Below, in pieces: positions 41,092 through 51,500 of a stretch of DNA of 64,000 bases; the first letter of the stretch is position 1, and every line of letters begins with the position of its first letter. The position numbers were made by a program, and so were the translations under genes. The stretch is from the NCBI RefSeq assembly GCF_001194135.2, contig NC_068982.1, positions 51,371,886-51,435,885 on the forward strand, in the 5' to 3' direction. The stretch is from Octopus bimaculoides (Eukaryota). The notes under the pieces are model-generated. The model did not search any database and had not been told where the DNA came from. It worked only from the letters and a program-made list of their open reading frames with translations.

Positions 41092-41141
41092 TTTGAATTC
41101 AGCAAGTATTTGCAGATGATTTGATTTATTCTTTTCATCAA
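41092..41141 (-). CDS. RPRD2: RPRD2 coding exon (50 nt, phase 1 to 0): (V)DEKNKSNHLQILAEFK
   Basis: Acceptor ttttattctgttttag, donor AAA|gtaagt. ILAEFK corresponds to the RPRD2 IVAEFR motif. Confidence 0.9.
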
Positions 41142-41622
41142 CTAAAACAGAATAAAATTTGAAGAAAATTGAAATGTTTGGAATGATAAATATAGGTGAA
41201 CACAAACCAACAAATGAAATGAAACTATATTCTTAATGGCAAAATACCAAACTAAATATACACAACCATTTAGTTTCAGTACTCTAAATTCCAAGTTCAA
41301 ATTTTACCAAAGTTAATGAAATATTAAGCAACCATGCCATTTCCTAAATTTGCAATCTATCAAGACAGGGCAATTGTCAAAGATGAACTAAAGGAAGAAG
41401 GAGAAAGACACAAAAGTATTGGGATGAAAGCAGATTGACTGAAACCATTCCGTGGAAGAGGAGGGCACTAGAGTGTCTCTCTCTCTCTTTCTCAAAAGGC
41501 AAAGAGAGAGTGAGTGAAAGAGACACTAGTGACAGAAGGGGGGAGAGACTAATAGCAATTACAAGTTGATGATAGAAAATGGGGGGAGTGTCAGGCAAAG
41601 TTACAGAGAAGGTTGGTGATGA

Positions 41623-42608
41623 GTGCGCTTCATTAATGAAGGAGAGGCAAAAAGGCATGCCACGAGGCCTTTGAGATCAACAGAGTGTGCACTCTTACCG
41701 ACCTACTGCGGGAAATGTGCCGTAAGAGTTAGGATAGGGAGAGTGCCTGCAGAGATTGATGAAGCATGGCTGGTGGCAGCCATCATCTACAACTGCGAGG
41801 AGGAAGTAGATATAATAAAGTTGGAGAGGTTGAAGGAGATCAGCTGGTGGGGTCATGGTCTCGAAGCATTGATACACATAACCCTGCCAGATCTACATAA
41901 GATGGCAGAGGTGTTGGTGCTCCCCGATGAGACCCGACTGAGAGTCGTGGTGGAGGGGAGACCACCAATATGCTATAACTGCAGAGAAAGGGGGCACATG
42001 CAAGCAGGGTGTCCCCAGAAACGAAGGCAGATGTACGAAGTAGAAGCAGTGGTGGCAGAAGCGGAGAAGGAAAAGGAGGAGGAAACTGCGACAGACAGGA
42101 AAAGAACGAGAGTGGAGTCTCCGCCAAGGAGTCCCAAGAAAAGAAAAGCGGAGACAAAGAAACAAGAAACTATGGAAAAAGAGAGTATGGAGATCCGAAC
42201 GCAGGAACCAGAGCGAACAGCAAGCACGAGGAAGAAAACTGAAGAGCAAAGAGCGAGAGAGAAGAAGTTTGATGAGTGGAAAGAGAGAGTGAGGAGGAAA
42301 GAGGAATATGAAGTACAAACAGGACAAATTCCTGGGCGAAATGGAAGAACAATGTTAAGATACAGTAAGAATGTAGAGATAGGAAAAAACTAGCAAATAT
42401 GAAAAATTTAATATGAGTCAAACTGAATAATGAGATGTTCGAACCCGACGAAAGAGCGGTTTTATTGGAGGAAGAGAGAAAGGAAAGACTGATGGAGTCA
42501 TTTAGAACCAGAATTAAAACTACCGGGACATATATACAATATGAAAGTTTACCCAATGTAATGGAACAAGAGAACCTCATGGAATATATAACAGATAAAA
42601 AAGACTGA
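41623..42608 (+). mobile_element. Gag/ORF1-like zinc-knuckle ORF of a non-LTR retroelement (L1/Tx1-like), mildly decayed, no ORF2
   Basis: 256-aa ORF (GTG start) with VVVEGRPPI-CYNCRERGHMQAGC (CX2CX4HX4C at 41971-42012) and a K/E/R-rich tail. A second frame 42417-42608 continues for 63 codons. AATAAA at 42793-42798 is followed by an A-rich run. Confidence 0.8.
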
Positions 42609-42813
42609 TAATTGATATGTATAATGAGAACAGTAAAATGGAACTGCAAGCTTTGAGGGGTTCATAAGCCATTACATCCTTTCATTGTTTATATTTCATT
42701 TCGTAATTCATCAGTAGTTTTATGTTTATATCCCCATTGTGGTGTTGTGTCTGTCCTTGTAGTGTCCCCTCTGTGTAGGGGCCATAGTGCCTAATAAAGA
42801 AAAAGGGTTAATA

Positions 42814-43287
42814 TTCGTACATTGGGCCTCACCGAGGCGATGACTACGGACCGAGACCTTTGGAAATGGGCTGTGCGTGAGAAGACCCGGCAAGCCAAGT
42901 AAGATCGTTGCCAGTGCCCCTGGACTGGTTCTTGTGCGGGTGGCACATGAGATGCACCATTTTGAGCGTGGCCGTTGCCAGTACCGCCTGACTGGCTCCT
43001 GTAGGATTTTCGAGCGAGATCGTTGCCAGTGCCCCTGGACTGGCTTGTGCGGGTGGCACATAAAAGACACCATTTCGAGCGTGGCCGTTTTCGTGCGGGT
43101 GACACGTAAAAGCACCCACTACACTCTCTGAGTGGTTGGCGTTAGGAAGGGCATCCAGCTGTAGAAACTCTGCCAAATCAGACTGGAGCCTGGTGTTGCC
43201 ATCCGGTTTCACCAGTCCTCAGTCAAATCGTCCAACCCATGCTAGCATGGAAAGCGGACGTTAAACGATGATGATGATGATGATGAT
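42814..43287 (+). mobile_element. 5'-truncated, little-diverged RTE-clade LINE 3' end
   Basis: Encodes the RTE C-terminus RTLGLTEAMTTDRDLWKWAVREKTRQAK* (stop 42900-42902). CpG-rich modular 3' UTR, ending ...GGAAAGCGGACGTTAAAC(GAT)7. Confidence 0.85.
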
Positions 43288-43407
43288 TCATAACTATTAT
43301 ATAAAGGGAATAACTATGATGTCAAAGATTTTTCAAATTGGCTGGAACATAATTATGTGAGTTGTCCCTTTATGTATTGTTGTCATGGTGTCTTTCGTGT
43401 CGTGGAG

Positions 43408-43494
43408 CATCCTGATGAGGGGAGTGTCTGGTTTCTTTAAAATTTGAAATTTATGTCATATTAACTGACACATCTCCGAAACGGCCTGTCGATG
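43408..43494 (+). ncRNA. Minimal type I hammerhead ribozyme motif (Penelope-like element / retrozyme type)
   Basis: CATC(43408-11) CTGATGA(43412-18), then stem II GGGGAGTGTC/GACACATCTCC (10 pairs, one bulge, 38-nt AU loop), GAAA(43478-81), C-GGCCT-G, TC(43489-90), GATG(43491-94). All catalytic-core nucleotides are present, with a GUC cleavage triplet. Confidence 0.85.
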
Positions 43495-44404
43495 AAATTT
43501 TGGATCCATTGAACATTGTCTGTAATTTGAGTATGTCCATTTAATGCTTTACAATGTCCGACTTTCCACTTACCACTTACATTGTGTTGTAACTTGAAAT
43601 CTTTAGTCCTTATATCATATCCTATGAACTTATATATACATAAATCCATATATATATATATACCGTAAGAATTTACAGAAGAGAGACTAAGTAGTTTAAA
43701 AATAAAATTATAGTAAGAGTTAACTACAAAAGTAAAGAATTGCAAGGAACCAAACACAAATTAAATAGTTTGTTGTCTGTTATTAAAAGCCATTTCTTAA
43801 TAGGTTTCCCACAGTAGCCTACAGAAATTCTGTAAAACATAGTAAGATATGCAGATAAAGAAAGTTGAGAATATACATTCTATCTGTGAAATTATGATAA
43901 CAGCCCTTTTGAAGTTTCACTATTTAAAACGTTTTTTTTAACACTTTTTTTTTCAGGCATGTAACAAAATCTCATAGGAAAACTCCTTAAGCTCACACAA
44001 TGTCCGATACCATAACTATGAATAATCTTAATTTTTAAAGGAGCCAAAAGAAAACATTTTAAGGCCAGTAATATTGTAACTGAGTGTTTAGCGTAGTTTA
44101 CTAACAGATCATAGATTAAAATCTTTCATAGACATGTGTCCAGCATTAATATAAATTACTTACTATCTCAGTCAAAAAAAAAAAAATACAATAAGTATAC
44201 TGCTAGAGAGAAATAAGGGGAAAACTAAGATTGAGAACAAGAATGTAGACAGATCAGTCTACAGTCTTGGCTGAGAAGAAATCAAAGACAAATTCCAAAG
44301 ACAACAAACAGCAAACCACCTCTGTAACATGCCATGTGTGCTTTATGGATATTATCGTCTTCAATTTGACAACTTGACTACATATATATATATATATATA
44401 TATA

Positions 44405-45235
44405 CTAGCTGAATTACCCAGCATTGCCTGGGTTACTGCTGTTCTTATTCATATTAGTAAACAATAAATATGAAGATTTTTTTTTTCTCATAATTATTTC
44501 AAAATATCTGTATTTCATTAAAAAATATCCAAACTGTAATGATAATAGAATTTAGAACTGAAAATCTATCTTGAAACACCTCAGGGTAAACAACATTCAT
44601 TGGTATCCAATGAATAAATTGTTGTTGCTTCCAACTTGTGAGCAACCAACAAAGAGTTGGCCTTGGGAGAAGTATGTAGCAGAGATGAAGTCCAACTACT
44701 TTGAGGGATTGACCCTGAGATTTGTTAACTGAAATACCAAAACTTAGTTTGACTGGAAACTGAGGCCTCTTAAATTCAAATGGAACATGCATAGGTATGA
44801 GAGGAAATTTTGGAATAAAGACATTTTCTCCTTTGTGACTACCTGTTATGATTGTTGGCTGTAGGGGCTTCATGGGGCTTCATGGAAGTAACAATTAAGT
44901 GAGTTCCATTACACAGGCAAGGTGGGTCAAGATTACTAAGCAACATAATGGGAGCATCCAGCTTTAGTACCAAATTATGTGGTGGCAACCAAGTAGGTTT
45001 AAATGTGTTCAGAAATTCAACAGGGTATTGAACAGCCTGATTTTGATTGACTGCTGTGTGAATTGATGGAAAAGTCATTTCTGATGTATCTTAACTTTTG
45101 AAGTTCATGATTCAGTTTATCAACCATTTCATTAGTTTGACCTAGTATAGCTCTTTCACATAGCCAGTTTACATCAGTGTAATTGACAATCACAATTACA
45201 TTGACACACACACTCTCACATGCACTCACATACAT
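44405..45235 (-). mobile_element. Helitron 3' fragment (PIF1-type helicase pseudogene with intact 3' terminus)
   Basis: Three frames give WLCERAILGQTNEMVDKLN, YPVEFLNTFKPTWLPPHNLVLKLDAPIMLLSNLDPPCLCNGT and FKRPQFPVKLSFGISVNKSQGQSLKVVGLHL. The minus strand ends ACCCAG-GCAATG-CTGGGT hairpin...AGCTAG|T, inside a (TA)n tract. Confidence 0.92.
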
Positions 45236-45269
45236 ATACTAAGACAGGCACACACAGACATACATTTAC

Positions 45270-45491
45270 GTAACAAATGCACAAACACACACACTCACAG
45301 GCACATATACACTCATATACAAAATATGTCATGGTGGTGGTGGTATAAAATGTTCTTTACTATGTGGTACGTAACGAATGCGCGAACACAAACACACACT
45401 CCCAGACACATATACACTCATATACAAAATGTGTCGCCGCGGCAGCAGTGGTGGTATAAAATGTCCTTTACGATATGGCACATAACAAATG
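45270..45491 (+). repeat. About 101-111 nt tandem repeat (about 2 copies) beside the Helitron fragment
   Basis: CACATATACACTCATATACAAAAT..GTC...GTGGTGGTATAAAATGT.CTTTAC.AT.TGG.AC.TAAC.AATGC repeated. Confidence 0.8.
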
Positions 45492-47233
45492 CTTTTTACA
45501 TGCCACCAGCACAGGTGCCATTTACATGACACCAGCAACAGCCATGACTACAATTTCTTGGGTGCCATTTACATAACACCGGCAATAGTCATGACTACAA
45601 TTTCACAGGTGAAATTCAGACAGAACTAAATGCTGCAAAGTACTTTTTTTTTGTGCTGTGACCTAATGATTTTGTTCATTTCATGTTGCTACACGCAAAT
45701 CTCTCTCTCTCTCTCTCCCCCTCTCGCTCTGATATCATCATCATCATAGATTTAATGTTGCCAACCCTCATCTATTTCCAAGGAAAGTACTATTTCTTCA
45801 TAGCCCAACCTTCATGGATACTGGGAAAGAAAGACACAGCTTGTATGGCAGTGACACTAATTTACAAGTATTACATGATGCTGTAAGAGGAAAAATAAAA
45901 ACACATCCGTGTGCACACTAACACATAGTTGTTAGGGACTCGGAAGTTTCTAGCTATTAATCAACTAGGAACTTGAGCATGTGTGTAAGCAGCTATCGTA
46001 AAGGAAACACTAAACAGTGAAATCTGAAAGTATAGTTAGAGGATGTGTCACATTTGGAGAAGAGTAGGTTAAGTAGGATCTGTTACATAAGAAATATGAC
46101 CTTGAAATAAATTAAGCAAAAGTTATAAATTAGAAGGAAAAAAATCAAACGGATATCAAAGCTATCAAATGACATGGGAACACATCATGAAAAACAAATG
46201 AGGTTAAAACTAATCAAAGAGATACTGACATGTTTCAGGTTGCTTTTTCTGAAGAAGGAAGTGAAACTCATCCCCACAAAAGAACAAAATACTCTTCAAT
46301 TCCAATATTGCTAATTTCACAACTTCTACTGTCTGTGATACATATTTACAACTGGGGGAGTATGTTTGAATTGAATATGTGGCACCATTGATTGACATGA
46401 TATGTGCCATCCACCATTTAGCTTACTGCTAGATGTTCAATCCTGAACAAGAAGTCTTTCTTTGGGAATGGTGGATCACAAGGGCTGCCCATGAGACTCA
46501 AACTCACATCTCTTATACATATGACAGGTGGTCTATCATTGGATTACAACAATCCTTTGAATTTCTCTGTCCATTTTAGAAACTTAAGAAACTGCAAGAA
46601 TTCAATGTTGCTGATATCATCAGAATCTATAAACTTTGAGAGAAAGTGAAATATTTCTTTACTGGAACAGTGAAACTCAAAGCAGATAAAGCTATAAATA
46701 CTAGCATGTGAATATTAGGTTGAAAAACCCTTTGAATAGGAAAAAGTTGAAGATGCCTGTAGACTTGAACTCACATCTATAAACATTATCTATAGTTTTT
46801 ATCGGCTTCATGATCCACTAGCTCAAAAAGGAATTATTTCACACTCTCCTGAAGTTTATCAATTCTTATGATGTCAAGTGGGGAAATATTTTAAATTACA
46901 AGGAAACAGCCTACAAAGTGGTAGGACATGCCACAGAACACTTAAGACAAGACAGAATAGGTAGCCTCTAAGATGAGATATCACATTGAAATACAAAGAT
47001 ATATGCCTCCTAGTATGGAGGGGAGGAGAGTTTAAAACAATGGTGATGATGAACTATATAGAGAATACATGTATGAACAATTGTCTTATTGAAGGCCAAA
47101 AAGTATTCCAACATCTTTTAAACAAGGGATAAAGTGAATGCCTTGCAATAAAAAATAGTAAATAAAACTGTCACTCCCTCTGAGTATTATATTCCAAGTA
47201 AGAAAATAGGGAACTTAAGAAAAAGCAAAGAAC

Positions 47234-47443
47234 CTTGAGTTAGTTGTGATTGTTGAGTTGTTGGTTGCTGCTGAATTTTCGAATGGTGCACTTTTGTTGG
47301 TTGCATTTTTGTTGGTTGCATTTTTGTTGATTGCACTTTAGTTGATTGCAATTTTGATTGCAATGATTTCAGCTTGGGTGACAAAGATGTGTGACCACGT
47401 CGGTGTTGTGAAAGGTGCTGATGTTGATAATGAGCATCATTCT
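47234..47443 (-). CDS. RPRD2: RPRD2 linker exon (210 nt, phase 1 to 1): (E)NDAHYQHQHLSQHRRGHTSLSPKLKSLQSKLQSTKVQSTKMQPTKMQPTKVHHSKIQQQPTTQQSQLTQ
   Basis: Strong acceptor (U49 run, then ttaac and tttctttctgtttgtag). Open in the required phase. The only phase-1 donor near the end of the ORF is the weak AAG|gttctt, so the 3' boundary is less certain. Confidence 0.7.
47286..47363 (-). repeat. Coding 15-nt minisatellite (TGCAAYCAACAAAAR) in an RPRD2 exon
   Basis: About 5 units encoding K-[LVM]-Q-[SP]-T. Confidence 0.85.
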
Positions 47444-47474
47444 CTACAAACAGAAAGAAATAAAGAAATGTTAA

Positions 47475-47527
<53 letters not shown>

Positions 47528-48231
47528 ATAGAAAAGAACAAATCATCTGCAGAATGCATTTGCATCTATGAAAAACTTCTCAAGTTTTAAATGTGACAAA
47601 ATATGAAAAGAGAAGGGAGAAAAAAAAAAAGACAGTAAAACTTGATCATATTTCAATAGACAATTTTAAACTAAAAAGTATTGTTAGATAAATATTATTG
47701 CAGAAGCATATTTTTATTATCAATAGTAAACATTTGTTTACAGCAGATGTATCCATTGTCCTGACAATGTCATTCAATACTGCCTCATAGGCAATGAACA
47801 CAATGGTAGATAGTTAAATAGTGCAAGCTCTTGCTTTTGAACAAACACTTGAGATGACTGTTGGAAATATGAGACTTACTATGAAAAGAATGAATGTGAA
47901 CAGAGATAAACACTTTACTAACTACATATGCTTCAGACTAAAATGCATTAAAAGAAGAAGACAAAAACAACGATGATCTTAGGTTAATAAATCCTAAAAA
48001 CAACAGAACTAAATTTTATTCCACTGATATGCCATATGTGGAAAATAATGCCTGTAACATTTTGACCAATTCGACAATCTAGACAACATGTATCTGACAT
48101 TAACTAATATGATTTATTCCCAAGCCAATTTGGAAAAAATAAGCATGAAAATAATGGTGAAACAAGCCACAAAATTGTACCGTATTTGTTGACAAATTTT
48201 CTTTTCTATCAAATAAAAGTATCTAACTTAC

Positions 48232-48332
48232 CTAATATATCTTTTAGTTCAGATGTAAAGCTGGAATCATAAACATTGCGTTCTTCCCATATACTAAATA
48301 TCCGACTCACATTTGATTTTATGGTTGTGTCT
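48232..48332 (-). CDS. RPRD2: RPRD2 coding exon, CID C-terminus (101 nt, phase 2 to 1): DTTIKSNVSRIFSIWEERNVYDSSFTSELKDIL
   Basis: Acceptor tttttgtttctag, donor TAG|gtaagt. RIFxIWEERNVY CID motif, in frame with the upstream exon. Confidence 0.95.
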
Positions 48333-48989
48333 CTAGAAACAAAAAGAAAAAAAGAAAAAATGTAATCACAAATTATACATTAAAAAATAATGAAAATAAT
48401 TACAATTAATTAACTTGACAGAAGCATTTGTGGAAATTATTTTGAAAATCCAAATAATTAATCACATCTTTTATGTCCAAGAGTTGGTTTTGACCAGTCC
48501 ATTCTAGTTGTCTCTGATTAATAGTTAGAAATTTTTTAATAATTTTTAATAGAATTAATCTTTCCTTCTCCTCTCAATCTAGTTGCTAAGGTGACAAAGC
48601 TTAATAACATAAAATCTCTGTCAATCTTTGTAAATAAATGATTCATTTCCTTATATAAATATTTCACTTATTAGTAGTACTAAATATCTTCTCGAGTTAA
48701 AAAGTTAAAGGTTTTCCCTAAATATCTTTTTATTGACATCAAAAGAACTTAGAAACCCTTGAGAGAAAATGGGATGATTCTTTTTTGGAATTGGTTCTTG
48801 AAGTACATATAAAGCTACAAATAACAGCACATAAATATTGGGTTGAAAAACCCTTTCAGATATTATTCATAGCTTTATATGTACTTCAAGAACTAATTCC
48901 AAAAAAGAATTATTTCACATTCTTTTGACTTCAACCAAATACAATTCACGTTGGTAAGAATAAAGTTTCTAAGATGGAAAGAGAAATTC

Positions 48990-49123
48990 GAAGGATTGCT
49001 TTGGTTCAATGGTAGAATGCTTGTCACATCAACTGGAGATGTAGGTCCCATGGGTAACCTTCAATTTTTTCTATCCAAAAGGAATTTTCAACCCAATATT
49101 TACATGCTGTTATTTATAGCTTT
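48990..49123 (+). mobile_element. tRNA-Gly-like-headed short repeat; reverse-oriented relatives at 46688-46778 and 48811-48856
   Basis: TGGTTCAATGGTAGAATGCTTG resembles a tRNA-Gly 5' arm. The tail TTTTCAACCCAATATTTACATGCTGTTATTTATAGCTTT is the reverse complement of both other copies. Confidence 0.6.
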
Positions 49124-49584
49124 GTAAGTACTTAGAGACCAATTCCAAAAAAGAGTATTATTCATTCCGTGCTCTCTCAAAAATTTATAAATTCTTATAA
49201 ACATCAAAAAAAAAAAAAATTTAAAAAATTGAAAAAGCCTTTAACTTTGTAACTTCAGAGAAGATATTTAGTACCAACATGAAGTGAAATATTTATGTAA
49301 GGAAATGGATTGATTATTTACAAATCCAAATACAAAGGCTGACAGAAATTTTGTAATTTAGCCAAAAGTGAAAATCTTATGAAGCAGATCTATATGTTTT
49401 TCAATAGTTATCAACCACTGAACTGAAGTTACCAGTGAAATTAGATGGTTTGCCATAGAAGAACACACTGGGATACAAAATATCATTTTCTGAAGATTGA
49501 ATTTAGAACCTGCCTTGGGAACTTAGTGGAATACATAATTAAGAGTACTAAAAATAACTAAAAAATAAAAATTTAATAAATAGA

Positions 49585-49800
49585 CTATGGACCCCTTTGA
49601 TTTCTATTTTACTATACTGGACCTTTATAGCCATTTTTAAAAAAAGCTCTTTTGTATTCGTGTGATTAAATATTATTAGGAATTGTATTAAAAAAGTTGT
49701 TAAAATACTTTTGTGTATTGTACAATTTATTGCACATAAACTTTAACAAAATCTTATATGGAAACCCAAGGGTCAAATGGATCCTAGTTGAGAACCACTG
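49585..49800. mobile_element. Partial copy related to the 58.4-kb hAT MITE
   Basis: Shares GGACCCCTTTGATT...TATAGCCA and AATCTTATATGG...GTTGAGAACCACTG (3' TIR). 5' TIR not seen. Confidence 0.65.
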
Positions 49801-49893
49801 GTCTAACTAATCTTTACTATATTAGGATTTCTCTTTTGCTTTCCTTTACTGCTGTTGTGAGATTGAGGTGTCGCAGTCAGAGCATAGAATGTT

Positions 49894-49932
<39 letters not shown>

Positions 49933-50799
49933 TGAGTGTCCAATAAAAATGAAACCAGCTGTTAGGATAAGCTCAAGTGTCACAGCAACCGTTCTTTTCT
50001 GTTTCTGACTGTCTACAAAGCACAGATGCAACCCACAGCATACTGCTTTTCTATCCAAAACAATACTGCTGTTTCATACACATTTCTGTGACAAATCCTT
50101 CTACTATATCATCTGGTTGATTGATAAATTTACACTCACCAACAGGCTGCAGCTACTAGTCCATTTACATGCTGTTTTTTTTCCAGTTATTTCTGTTTGT
50201 TCTTCTCTAAACTAATAAGCTGTATGCTACCTCCACTCAAACCCACAAAAGGCATTATCTTTCCTCCTCTCTTAATATCCCTGAGTCTCAGTCTCCGAGT
50301 CCCGCACTAAACTTTGTCCCAGTACTTTTCCCTTTAACATCAACCCTGTTTGGAACATCATTTTCTTTTTTATAAATATAAACATTGTCCAAGAGAATTT
50401 CAAGCTGAAATTAACAACATTGCCTTCATTAGCTGAAGAAGGGCCATTGACAAATATGAATTCTGCTGCACCATTTGAAAATAAATAAATAGAAGTCATG
50501 CAAATACCCGATTACTCTATTAGCTAATATATCAATTTAGACAAGGTAAGAAAGCATTAAAGTTTGTGAAGAGAGAATAATGAGAATGGTAAATGAGAAA
50601 GGAATATAATGATCTCAGATATGACAAATTTAAAAAACTGAATGAAATTCTTGATAATGATCTAACAGCGCTTTATGTTAGAAGTTTGCATTTAATCTTT
50701 ACTGGTTGGGTAAAACAAAATTATTTGCAAAACTTTGATTTCACTTGAGATTATTTCAAGAACAAATTGAATTTATTCAATCTTAATAATTAATAACAT

Positions 50800-51500
50800 T
50801 AATTTTCCATACTAGAATATGTTGGAGAAGGGGAAAAGAGATTTATACAAAACTGTTAAAGGAGATTTTGGAATATATTGGTCTGTTATGTTGATGCCTC
50901 AAACAGTGAATACATCTGTTACAGTCGAGCAGAGTCACTCTGCAGAGTCTTTCATATATTTAGCAAGTAGTAATGCATCCAAAGATTACATAAAAATTCA
51001 TCTCATGAAAGCATGGGTTGTTCTTAATAGCTTCAGCGTCACCTGGAAGCCATCAGTGACATTAAGAGAAATTTCTTCCATGCCACTATGGAATCAATGC
51101 AGCTGAACTGGTTCAATACTCACTGGACACTGAGGTAAGACTAGATAGAACTTACATTCACACATTATAGGTTGTTTTGAATATCTTGTAGAAAAGCATC
51201 TCACCAAACAAAGACTGTATAATAGTCTTCTTACAATCATTGATGTCATTAGAGAGAGATGCATGCATTTTCAGGACACTGCTGATGTGTTGAGCAAGAA
51301 CTCATTAGTTATACATTTCTATGGACACACAAACATGGATATACAAGGGCTTTCTATCTAGCAAAATCCTTCATTGGCAGCTCTGAATGGACATTGGGTG
51401 CTGCCCTAATGACTTCCAGAGTATTGTGTGGGATCATGGTGAATGAGGTGATTGAATTTGGGCAAATCCAAGCAAGCTTGACCACCCAGACAAGACTCTT
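50800..51500 (+). mobile_element. Degenerate RTE LINE 3' fragment
   Basis: IKIHLMKAWVVLNSFSVTWK...HLTKQRLY...VIRERCMHF resemble RTE C-terminal motifs. Confidence 0.55.

Noticed and set aside
41466-41531. Stem-loop CACTAG(AG)TGTCTCT...AGAGACACTAGTG upstream of the ORF1-like gene
   Set aside because: Real, but largely CT/AG microsatellite complementarity. There is no evidence it is functional, so it was not raised to a finding.
41300-43330. Target-site duplication around the ORF1+RTE unit or the RTE piece alone
   Set aside because: No convincing direct repeat found by eye.
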